Source: Longimicrobiales bacterium (GTDB lineage Bacteria; Gemmatimonadota; Gemmatimonadetes; Longimicrobiales; Gaopeijiaceae). From it: a stretch of 64,000 nt of DNA. Below, piece after piece: positions 9,361 through 17,482 of this stretch; the stretch's first letter is position 1, and each line of letters starts with the position of its first letter. The notes beneath the pieces were generated by a model. The model did not search any database. It saw only the letters and a program-made list of their open reading frames with translations, and was not told the DNA's origin. The position numbers and the translations under genes were made by a program. The DNA is taken from contig OZ220732.1 in the NCBI GenBank assembly GCA_965116905.1, positions 2,592,001-2,656,000 on the forward strand, read 5' to 3'.

Positions 9361-10080
9361 GTGTTTCGTGGCTTAAGAGCCCGTGGACAAAATCCCCCCG
9401 GCATTCGAGCGGCGATGCATCCGGGCCGGACCGCTTCGCTCTGCGTTGCTCCTCGGGCCCGTAGCGCTGCTACTGGCCCTTCGTCGCGCCTTGCCGGCCC
9501 GGCGCCTCGCCGCTCTCGGTGCTCGGGCGGCTTTATCCACGGGCTCTTACCGTTGGCGCTATGCGCCGTGATCATCGCGGCCCCGGCGGCGGGGCAGTCG
9601 CACGTGGCGCTGGGCCCCCTTGTGACGCTGGGTGACGACTCCCACTTCGGGCTGGGTGCGCGTGCCGAAATGGATCTTTCGGATCACCTCGACATCGACC
9701 ACGAGTTCTTCCGCGACATCTTTGGAAGCGCCACGGCGACGTACTCTTTCCAGGACTGTCGCGGCGGTTCCGGATGCGGCTGGCTCGAACTGGGCGGGAA
9801 CCTGAATGTGCCGGTGACCGCCCGAGCGGCCGATCTGGTCGGCTACGTGGGAGCCGGATTCCACATCGTGAGTGCTTTCCGGGAGGAGTCCTTCGTCGAC
9901 TTCCGGCCTTCGCCCACACGGGGCACGTGGCAACGCCGCCATACGGATACCAGCGTCGGTCTGAACCTGATCGGCGGCCTGAAGTTCGAGGTCGAGGCGA
10001 CGCCGGCCTTCGTCGAGGGCAAGCTGGGACTTTCGGGAGCAAGCCAGTTCCTGCTGTCGACGGGCGTCATGCTCTGGTGA
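9361..10080 (+). CDS. Small outer-membrane beta-barrel protein carrying an in-frame MITE insertion in its signal peptide
   Basis: AAGGAGG RBS at 9348-9354 precedes GTG 9361. Amphipathic beta strands and C-terminal aromatic residue (…STGVMLW). Removing the MITE leaves the signal peptide MFRGLPLALCAVIIAAPAAG-Q. Confidence 0.8.
   Translation: MFRGLRARGQNPPGIRAAMHPGRTASLCVAPRARSAATGPSSRLAGPAPRRSRCSGGFIHGLLPLALCAVIIAAPAAGQSHVALGPLVTLGDDSHFGLGARAEMDLSDHLDIDHEFFRDIFGSATATYSFQDCRGGSGCGWLELGGNLNVPVTARAADLVGYVGAGFHIVSAFREESFVDFRPSPTRGTWQRRHTDTSVGLNLIGGLKFEVEATPAFVEGKLGLSGASQFLLSTGVMLW
9374..9549. mobile_element. Non-autonomous palindromic MITE, 172 bp plus TA duplication
   Basis: Ends TAAGAGCCCGTGGACAAA (9374-9391) and TTTATCCACGGGCTCTTA (9532-9549) are inverted repeats matching at 17/18. 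Nested internal stems: GAGCGGCGA…CCGGGCCGG with CCGGCCCGG…TCGCCGCTC, and GGGCCCGTAGC with GCTACTGGCCC. No transposase is encoded. Confidence 0.85.
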
Positions 10081-10994
10081 CCAGGGGGACCGAAGGTCGC
10101 GACGTTGCGCTGATCTCGGTTTCCATAGACCTGGGCGCGGGGCGCCGGGGCGTCGACATGGGCCCCTCCGCGTTGCGCATCGCCGGGATCACGGCGGCGA
10201 TCGAGGCCGCCGGACACCGGGTCTGCGAGCTGGGCACCATCACCGCCGGAGGGCTGGAAACGACGGACGCGGGGGAAACCCGCATGCGCTTCCTCGCGGA
10301 GATCGTGAAGGTGGTGGACCGAACGCGCGAGCTGGTGCGGACCGGGCTCGACCGCGGCTGTCTGCCCCTGGTGCTGGGCGGCGACCACTCGCTGTCGATG
10401 GGTTCAGTGGCGGCGGTGGCGGATCACTACGGGCAGCAGAACGAGCGCATCGGGGTCATCTGGGTCGATGCGCACGCCGACATGAACCGCCCGTCGACCT
10501 CCCCTAGCGGCAATGTGCACGGTATGCCGCTGGCCGTCCTCCTCGGGCACGGCGACCCGCGTCTGGTGGGGGCGAGCGCCAGCGTGGTCCCCGGGAACGT
10601 CAGCATCCTGGGAGCGCGCGAGCTGGATGTCGGCGAGAAGGATCTGATCGGTGAACTGGACGTCCGGGTGTTCACGATGTCGGAGATCGACGAAAGGGGC
10701 GCGGCCGCGTGCATGGACGAGGCACTGGAGCGCGCCAACGACGGGACGGGCGGATTCCACCTCTCGCTCGACCTCGACGCGCTCGACCCGAGGGTGGCGC
10801 CAGGCGTAGGCACGCCGGTGCAGGGGGGACTCACGTACCGCGAGGGCCACCTGGTCTGCGAAAAGGCGTTCCGCTCGGGCCGGCTGCTCAGCATGGAGGT
10901 CGTCGAGCTCAACCCGGTGCTGGACGACCGCAACCACACGGCCGATCTCGCGGTGGAGCTGGTCGCGTCCGCGCTGGGAAAGACGATTCTGTAG
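10077..10994 (+). CDS. rocF: Arginase
   Basis: GAGRRGVDMGPSALR, GGDHS, DAHAD, SGNVHGMP, DLDALD and ELNP motifs. GTGA overlap with the upstream gene. Confidence 0.93.
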   Translation: MTRGTEGRDVALISVSIDLGAGRRGVDMGPSALRIAGITAAIEAAGHRVCELGTITAGGLETTDAGETRMRFLAEIVKVVDRTRELVRTGLDRGCLPLVLGGDHSLSMGSVAAVADHYGQQNERIGVIWVDAHADMNRPSTSPSGNVHGMPLAVLLGHGDPRLVGASASVVPGNVSILGARELDVGEKDLIGELDVRVFTMSEIDERGAAACMDEALERANDGTGGFHLSLDLDALDPRVAPGVGTPVQGGLTYREGHLVCEKAFRSGRLLSMEVVELNPVLDDRNHTADLAVELVASALGKTIL

Positions 10995-11068
10995 CGGCGG
11001 CAAGACAGAGTGCGTCGACCGCGTGCCGTCTCACCGGCCGGCGCCTGCCGTGCTACGTTCAGAGCCCG

Positions 11069-11152
11069 GCCGGGGTGGTGAAACGGGTATACACAGGGGA
11101 CTTAAAATCCCCCGGGAGCAGTCCCATGCGGGTTCGAGTCCCGCCCCCGGCA
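11069..11152 (+). tRNA. tRNA-Leu (anticodon TAA), CCA not encoded
   Basis: Acceptor stem GCCGGGG/CCCCGGC-A, anticodon arm GGGGA-CTTAAAA-TCCCC, long variable arm, T arm GCGGG-TTCGAGT-CCCGC. Confidence 0.95.
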
Positions 11153-11153
11153 C

Positions 11154-12353
11154 TCAGCGCCGCCGATACGACCTCACCGGCGGCAGCCTCGCACCCGTCC
11201 CGCCAGCGGGCTCATCCTCGCCGACCACGGGGATGGTCAGGGTGCCGATCCCGTCGATGCTGGCCTCGATCTGGTCGCCGGCCTGCAGAAAGCGCTGCTC
11301 TCCGCGCACCGCCGTGCCCATCCCGACGCCGCCCGACGTCCCGTTGTTGATCACGTCGCCCGGGAAGAGGGTGATGATCGACGATCCGTATTCGATGAGC
11401 TCCCAAAGCGTGTGGATCATGTCCCCCGCGCGGGCCTCCTGCATCTGCTCGCCTCCGACGCTCAGCGTCTGGCGCAGGTTCTCCATCGGATCTCCGTAGA
11501 ACTCCCTGGGCACGATCCATGGCCCCATGGGCGCGAAGGTGTCGTGCCCCTTGCCCACGAACCAGTCCGAGGTGAGAGGGTTTCCGCCCGGGGGACGGCC
11601 GCCCCGGTCCGAGATGTCGAGCGTGACGGTATAGCCGAAGACGTAGTCCTCGGCCTCCGTCGCCGAAACGTACTTCGCCGCTCTTCCGATCACGGCGCCC
11701 AGTTCGACCTCCCAGTCCGTGCGGTCGCGGCCATGCGGGATCACGACCGCGTCGCCGTTCCCGATCACCGCGCCCCGGCTCGGCTTCAGAAAGAGGTACG
11801 GGACGCCCCGGTTCTCGCGCCGCTGGCGGCGCGCCTCGGCGCGCTCCTCGGGCGTGCCCGTCTCGTTCACGTGACTGTAGAAGTTGACGGCCGCGTTGAG
11901 GATCTTGCCCGGATACAGGATCGGCGCGAGCGTGCGCACGCTGCCGACGTCGTGAACGAAGGCGGGACGGGCGGCGCCGTCGATCATCCCGTTCGCCGAG
12001 AGGTGGTTCACGATCTCGTAGAGACGCAGCTTGACGCCGTACTCGTAGCGGCCGATCAGGTCCAGCATGTCCTCGGGCATCGGCAGGCGCGGATACGCGG
12101 GGTTGCGCTCGAGCTGCCGGTTGGCCGCACCGATGTCCACGACGAGCGCGTCCCGGAGCACAAGGCCCACCCGTGGCTCGCCCTCGATCTCGAAGGTGCC
12201 CACCTTGAACGGCTCGGCGACGTCCATCCCCGGAGCCGTCTGGGCCGACGCGGCGCCGGCGTCCGCGAGCGCTGCGCCGAGAGTGGCCAGGGCCAGCGCC
12301 GTGGCGGTGCCGGCCTGGGCCGTGAATGCACGAAAGGCCTTCGCGAATCGCAT
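11154..12353 (-). CDS. Fumarylacetoacetate hydrolase family protein with N-terminal signal peptide
   Basis: AVNFYSH, PYLFLK, DWEVELG, DISDR, GKGHDTFAPMGP and PGDVINNGT motifs. Hydrophobic leader ends ASA-Q. Confidence 0.9.
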   Translation of the reverse strand: MRFAKAFRAFTAQAGTATALALATLGAALADAGAASAQTAPGMDVAEPFKVGTFEIEGEPRVGLVLRDALVVDIGAANRQLERNPAYPRLPMPEDMLDLIGRYEYGVKLRLYEIVNHLSANGMIDGAARPAFVHDVGSVRTLAPILYPGKILNAAVNFYSHVNETGTPEERAEARRQRRENRGVPYLFLKPSRGAVIGNGDAVVIPHGRDRTDWEVELGAVIGRAAKYVSATEAEDYVFGYTVTLDISDRGGRPPGGNPLTSDWFVGKGHDTFAPMGPWIVPREFYGDPMENLRQTLSVGGEQMQEARAGDMIHTLWELIEYGSSIITLFPGDVINNGTSGGVGMGTAVRGEQRFLQAGDQIEASIDGIGTLTIPVVGEDEPAGGTGARLPPVRSYRRR

Positions 12354-12436
12354 GGTGTCCCCCTGCTTGTAGGCGGCGCGGCGGAGAGGATTCCGGCGCG
12401 CGGACCTGGTCGCTTGATCGGAGCGGGTCCCTTGAT

Positions 12437-12466
12437 TGACTACGCGGGTTGGGGGCCCTCCGTCAA
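12437..12466 (-). promoter_or_regulatory. Possible sigma70 promoter for the FAH gene
   Basis: Minus strand reads TTGACG-N18-TAGTCA. Confidence 0.35.
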
Positions 12467-12491
12467 GCGGAGCGACAGGATACCGCGCCAG

Positions 12492-14936
12492 CTACAGAAT
12501 CGCGTCGAGGTACAGGTCGATGCGGAAGTCCTTGTAGGGCCCCTTCAGGCCCTGCGACAGGTCCATGCGGATCAGACCGTCGAGGATGCTGCCGCCCATG
12601 CCGACCCCGTAGAGGAAGTCGTCCCGGCTGAACAGATCGCGGGATCCGGCCCAGCCGGCATCGCCGAAGAGGATCACGCCGACGCCTTCAAAGGCGCGGG
12701 AAAGCTCCAGTCGCGCCCGGACAAAGGAGCTGCCGGACAGCGTGGAAGCCGGGTAGCCGCGCAGAGTGGCGGCCGCGCCAAGGAACCAGTGGCGCTGCAC
12801 CGGAGCGTCGCCCCAGATCGTCCCCGCGGCCGCCTCGGCGCCCACGCGCCAGCTCCGCCAGCCGTCGCCCCGCACGGGAACGATGGCCCGCAGCGTGCCC
12901 GTGGCCTGGCCGTATCGCGACCACGCCTCCTCGCCCGTGCGCCGCCAGGTCGCTCCGCGTCCCTCCAGCTCCAGCCCCAGCTGCGCCTTCACCGGATTGT
13001 TGCCCCACCACGGCGAGACTCGCAGCGTCGCCCCCGTCTCTTCCACGTTTTCGGCCACCAGGTTGGGCCGGAAGCCCCACTCGCCGTCGAAGACCCGGAA
13101 GAGCGCGAAGTCGGTCTCGGCCGTGACCGCGGACTGGCGCTCGCCGTACACGCGGAAAAGGAACGAATCGCGCGACCCGTCGGGCGGACGCCACGTCAGG
13201 TCCGCGCCGGAGGCACGGTAGTACTCGCCGTCGTCACGGCCGAAGAGAAGGGCGTTCATCGAGTTCCCGAAGCCCAGGTAGCCGCCGGCCGGGTCGGTCG
13301 GGCGCAACTCGTGGAATCCGCCCAGCGTCAGGCGGCGGTACACGGTGGATCGCCGCATTTCGAGCCTGACCTTCGGGCGAAGATCGGCGAGTCCGAAGAA
13401 CGCCGACCCGCCCAGCGCGTGCCTGCCGGACAGTTCCGTTTCGAATTGCCCCCCTACGGCCGGTCCCTCGACCCGGTTGTACCGGAGCAGGTCGTGGCGC
13501 GCCCAGCCCCAGTTGAACGACCACGGGATCGTCTGCATGGGCGGGGCCGGCAGGTTGGCCAGGCTCGCCATGAACCCCTCGATCTCGTCGTCCGAGGGGA
13601 AGCCGATCGCATTCTCCCAGATGGGCGGCGGCAGGTGGGGGCTCGTGGCCACCAGGCTGCGTTCCCTGGGGACGATCAGGAAGGACTCGCGGTCGCGCGC
13701 GGGCATCTCGGCATCGGACATGAGCTCGTAGTCGATGCCGTCGTCGTCCGACAGGAGCCGGGCGATGAAGGCCATGGCTTCGGCCCGGGTCTCGAAATGC
13801 ACCTCCCGGAGCGAACCGTCGGCCGCTGGGGTGCGGTCGGCGGGCTCCGGGGGCGCGCGATCCGCCGCCGCGGTTCGGGACGCGGCCGCGGCACCCTCCT
13901 GCTCGTTCGCCGGATCCGGCCCCGCGTCCACCTCGTCGTCGGCCATCGTCACCGATTCGATCCGGTACGAGAGGTCCATCGTGACCGGGACCTTGATGAT
14001 GCCCGCCCCCGCCTCCCCCTCCATCCGCATGCTGCGCGGCAGCCACACCTCGAAGTCCCACAGCCCATAGTCCACGGCCATGAGGGTGAGGTCGAAGGTC
14101 CACGGCTTGAACAGTCCCGGCACGTACCTGAAGGTCCCGCGCTCCTCCTCCCGCTGCAGTTCGGGGATGTCCCTCATCGCGTCGAAACGCCGGCTGAACC
14201 GGTAGACGGCTCGAACCAGGGCCCCGGTGCTCGGCTCGATCCACAGCGCTCCGCTGATACGATGGGAGTCCGCCTCGCGGGGCAGCACCTCCAGCTGGAT
14301 GGCCTCGAGGCGGCGCCCGTCGGGAAAGGACAGCGTCAGGGTGTCCCCGCTCTGGAAGCGGTAGAGGGAGTCGGCGCCCTCCCCGAGTGGGTGGGCCAGC
14401 CAGAAGTCTTCGCTGCTCGGCTGGAAAACCTCTTCGTCGCCGTCGGTGAGCCCGAAGAACAGGCGGTCGCCGCCCGGTTCGAACGGCTTGTCGAACGGCA
14501 GGTCCTGCAGCCAGTCCATTTCGCCCTCGCGCATGGCGATCTCCCGTCCCGGATACTGGGAACGGCTGCCCAGGACCTGGATCAGGGCGTCGTGCTCCTG
14601 GTCCCAGAAGGCGCGCACGGCGGTTTCGTTGTGGTAGATGACGCGGTCCTTGAGCGGGGTGCGGATGGCGGCCGCGATCCGCTGTTCGATCCGGGACGTG
14701 TAGCGCACGATGGACTCGTCCAGGCGCGTCCAGTTGGCGAGTGCCGCAATGTACAGCTGGCGGGCCACCGGATCCTCGAAGGTGTCCGGCGCAATGGTGC
14801 GCTGGGCGGCGGCCGGGGCGGGGACGCCGGCTCCAAGCGCGGCGGCTCCGAGTGCGGCGGCGCCGGACACCGCGGCCCACGACAGTGCGGCCCGGAGCGC
14901 CGGTGGCCGGACAATCCCCTGTGCGACCCGATTCAT
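12492..14936 (-). CDS. Large exported protein with a probable C-terminal outer-membrane beta-barrel (Omp85-like)
   Basis: Start MNRVAQ overlaps the upstream stop (ATGA). Signal peptide ends AAA-Q. C-terminal half has alternating beta strands plus LRYNRVEG, TLRGY and FGDAGWAG motifs. Confidence 0.75.
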   Translation of the reverse strand: MNRVAQGIVRPPALRAALSWAAVSGAAALGAAALGAGVPAPAAAQRTIAPDTFEDPVARQLYIAALANWTRLDESIVRYTSRIEQRIAAAIRTPLKDRVIYHNETAVRAFWDQEHDALIQVLGSRSQYPGREIAMREGEMDWLQDLPFDKPFEPGGDRLFFGLTDGDEEVFQPSSEDFWLAHPLGEGADSLYRFQSGDTLTLSFPDGRRLEAIQLEVLPREADSHRISGALWIEPSTGALVRAVYRFSRRFDAMRDIPELQREEERGTFRYVPGLFKPWTFDLTLMAVDYGLWDFEVWLPRSMRMEGEAGAGIIKVPVTMDLSYRIESVTMADDEVDAGPDPANEQEGAAAASRTAAADRAPPEPADRTPAADGSLREVHFETRAEAMAFIARLLSDDDGIDYELMSDAEMPARDRESFLIVPRERSLVATSPHLPPPIWENAIGFPSDDEIEGFMASLANLPAPPMQTIPWSFNWGWARHDLLRYNRVEGPAVGGQFETELSGRHALGGSAFFGLADLRPKVRLEMRRSTVYRRLTLGGFHELRPTDPAGGYLGFGNSMNALLFGRDDGEYYRASGADLTWRPPDGSRDSFLFRVYGERQSAVTAETDFALFRVFDGEWGFRPNLVAENVEETGATLRVSPWWGNNPVKAQLGLELEGRGATWRRTGEEAWSRYGQATGTLRAIVPVRGDGWRSWRVGAEAAAGTIWGDAPVQRHWFLGAAATLRGYPASTLSGSSFVRARLELSRAFEGVGVILFGDAGWAGSRDLFSRDDFLYGVGMGGSILDGLIRMDLSQGLKGPYKDFRIDLYLDAIL

Positions 14937-16291
14937 GACCCGGAAGGCTCCGGCGCGCCGTGACGGAAGCGGGCTTCCTGGAAGTCGTCCCAGGCGACGT
15001 ACCACCACTCCGGCTCCGCGCCCGCATCGCCCGCCTCCGCACCGCCTGCCTCCGCCTCGCCACCCCGGAGCGGGAACACGAAGATGCCCTTGTTGTCCAG
15101 CCCGACATCGGCGGATCCCGCCAACTCGAAGGTGCGGCCGTCGAGGACCGTCACGCGTACGCCGTCCTCCCCGGTCCGTTCGATCCGCCGGATGTTCGCG
15201 AACTCGATGGCGAAATCCACATCCTCGGAGGTGCCGTTGAGGCGTTCCCAGGACCACTCCTCGTGGGCGTTCCAGCGAATCTGGCCGGCAAGCTCCTCGC
15301 CCTCCCGGGTGACGATGGTTCCGTGCAGGTGGTGGCCGCCGTCGAAGGCGTCATAGTCGGTCGGCCGCGAAGGTTCATGGAAGCGGATCGAGTGGAACGC
15401 TCTCCAGTGAACACTGACCGAGCCCAGCGCAGGATCCGAGATCCGGAACGGTCGGGGGTGGAACGGCCCGCTGGCATCGTCAAAAAGGTTGAGGACCTCG
15501 CCGGAAACCAGGGTCGCGGCAACCCCGGTCGAGTTCCTCTCCAGGGAGCGAATGCGGTCCAGGCGGATGGACCTGTAGTCCTCATTCTCGAAGTCGTCCA
15601 GCATATGCGATTCGAGAAGCGCGTTCCCTCCCCGGTTCAGGGCACGGGGATCCACGAATCCGGTGAATGTGCGGCCCGAGCGGTCCTGCACGGTGCCATG
15701 GAGGCGACGTGAACGAGGGCCGACCCCGGCGGGCGCGGCGGAGAACTCGATGCGGGTCACCTCCCGTCCATGCAGGTGCACGAGGTCGCTGCGGTCGTCC
15801 GCCTCGACCACGATGTCCCGCCACCGCCAGCGCGGCTCGGTCAATTCCAGCCGGACCCCGGCGCGGGTCAGGACTTCGACGTCGCCTACGGTGTCGGGGA
15901 TGAGGGACGCGAGGTGTCCGATGCGGATCCCGGCGTCGGGGGACTCCACGAAATCCGGGTGCTTTTCCTCCCACGAGATCCGGTGGCCCTTGAACTCCAC
16001 AATCCGGAGATGCGGCTTGCCGTCGCGGGTCGCGTCCAGCCAGTCCTGGTAGTGCTCCTCCGGGATGTTCTTTCCGGCGATGAAGAAGTCCTCCCAGCTC
16101 GCGACGCCCCGGAAACGGACGAATCCCGTGTGCGTCTCGCCGTCCTCCGTGACGATGCGCCCCCAGATGCGCTCCGGGGCCTGGGCCTGCAAGTGGGAAG
16201 CCGGGAGGAGGAGCGCGGCAAGCAGGAGCACGGACGCCGGGAGTAACGGCGGGAGCCACAACCGAGAACGGCGACGATGGGTCCGAGGCAT
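14933..16291 (-). CDS. Exported hypothetical protein with three internal repeats
   Basis: Signal peptide ends LQA-Q. Repeats IWGRIVTEDGETHTGFVRF, LHGTVQDRSGRTFTGFVD and LHGTIVTREGEELAGQIRW. Confidence 0.8.
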   Translation of the reverse strand: MPRTHRRRSRLWLPPLLPASVLLLAALLLPASHLQAQAPERIWGRIVTEDGETHTGFVRFRGVASWEDFFIAGKNIPEEHYQDWLDATRDGKPHLRIVEFKGHRISWEEKHPDFVESPDAGIRIGHLASLIPDTVGDVEVLTRAGVRLELTEPRWRWRDIVVEADDRSDLVHLHGREVTRIEFSAAPAGVGPRSRRLHGTVQDRSGRTFTGFVDPRALNRGGNALLESHMLDDFENEDYRSIRLDRIRSLERNSTGVAATLVSGEVLNLFDDASGPFHPRPFRISDPALGSVSVHWRAFHSIRFHEPSRPTDYDAFDGGHHLHGTIVTREGEELAGQIRWNAHEEWSWERLNGTSEDVDFAIEFANIRRIERTGEDGVRVTVLDGRTFELAGSADVGLDNKGIFVFPLRGGEAEAGGAEAGDAGAEPEWWYVAWDDFQEARFRHGAPEPSGS

Positions 16292-16333
16292 GGGCTGCTT
16301 GCTGGAGTGATGGGTTCCCGCCCTGGTTTCGAA

Positions 16334-16359
16334 TACGGAAGCGCGACGATGCGGGTTTC
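16334..16359 (-). promoter_or_regulatory. Possible ECF-sigma promoter
   Basis: Minus strand reads GAAAC-N17-CGTA, about 40 bp upstream of ATG 16291. Confidence 0.35.
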
Positions 16360-16434
16360 GGAAACCGGGGTCGGCGGCCTACCTTGCCGGGACCGGGTGA
16401 CAGGCCGGCCAACCCTTCCAACAGGAGCTTCCGG

Positions 16435-16950
16435 ATGACTGATCGCAAGCTGCTCCCCGCTTCCTTCGTGATTGCGTGCGTCGCCGCCCTGGCGTGCGGA
16501 CCCGCCGATGAAGGCGGCGCATCGGCAGACGCCGCCGCCGCGGACGAGGCCGCCGAGGAGATGTCCAATCCCCGCTTCGGCGTGTGGCAACTCGAGTCGG
16601 ATCGCCCGCCGCCCTACCGCAACGTCATGACCTACGAGCCCTGGGGCGAAGGCGGCATGATGATCACGGTTGCAACGACCAACGACGACGGGGAGACCTC
16701 CGAATGGAGCTACGCCACCCTGTTCGACGGCGAATTCCGGCCGGTGGAGGGCCAGGAGGACGCTACGACCGCCGTTGAGGTCGTGGACGAGCACACCAAC
16801 CGGATTCTCAACGCGCGCGGCGGCGAGGTCTACCAGGTGATCATCAACGTACTCACCGAGGATGGGAACACCATCAACAACGAGTACCGGCGCACGGCGG
16901 AGGATGGGACCGAGAGCGTGTCTTACGCCGTATACCGCCGGATCGAGTAG
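16435..16950 (+). CDS. Hypothetical lipoprotein (beta-rich, lipocalin-like)
   Basis: CAGGAG RBS, lipobox ALA-C, and an N-terminal FGVWQLE motif. Confidence 0.8.
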   Translation: MTDRKLLPASFVIACVAALACGPADEGGASADAAAADEAAEEMSNPRFGVWQLESDRPPPYRNVMTYEPWGEGGMMITVATTNDDGETSEWSYATLFDGEFRPVEGQEDATTAVEVVDEHTNRILNARGGEVYQVIINVLTEDGNTINNEYRRTAEDGTESVSYAVYRRIE

Positions 16951-16953
16951 CGA

Positions 16954-17379
16954 TCAGGCGTGGTGGGTGGGGGGCGCCGCGGGTGGCGCACGAAGCTGGA
17001 ACCGCGGGATCCGGGCGCGAAAGACCGAGCCGTCGTTGCGGCGGAAGTGGTAGTACCCCTCCATGAACCCGCTCCGGCCCTCGAGCACGCAAAAGCTGTT
17101 GTATTCGTGCACGTCGCCGGGGGCCAGCGTCGGGCACTCTCCCACGACCCCCTCGCCCGCGACCTCCTGATCGCCCGCGGCCGCGTCGTGAATCCGCCAG
17201 TGGCGCCAGAAGAGCTGGGCCGCCTCCTCACCGATGTTCTCGATGCGGATGAAGTACACGAAGACATGGCGATGCGGCGGCTGCGAATGTCCCCGTGAGT
17301 AGACCGGCCGGACCGTGATCCGCATCTCGTCGGGCAGAATCGGCGGCTGGCGGCTTGAGTCGCGGGCCAATTTGATCAT
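16954..17379 (-). CDS. apaG: ApaG domain protein
   Basis: FVYFIRIEN, RHWRIHD, GEGVVGECP, YNSFC and GFMEGYY motifs. Start is uncertain (17379 or 17325). Confidence 0.9.
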   Translation of the reverse strand: MIKLARDSSRQPPILPDEMRITVRPVYSRGHSQPPHRHVFVYFIRIENIGEEAAQLFWRHWRIHDAAAGDQEVAGEGVVGECPTLAPGDVHEYNSFCVLEGRSGFMEGYYHFRRNDGSVFRARIPRFQLRAPPAAPPTHHA

Positions 17380-17482
17380 GAATTAAGATACCACGTCGGC
17401 TCGGAGTCCCCGGATGCGGCTCTTCCGGGTAACTTCCAGCCCGCGTCCCCGACGAGAAACGCTCAGCAACGGAGATCCGCCC

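Noticed and set aside
5648..14963. Very long alternative-frame or antisense ORFs (5648..8596, 5716..9036, 11412..14963; similarly 30606..32627, 35221..38445, 40559..42589 and others)
   Set aside because: They overlap well-supported genes, are Arg/Pro/Gly-rich or antisense mirrors, and have no motifs. Such shadows are expected in high-GC DNA.
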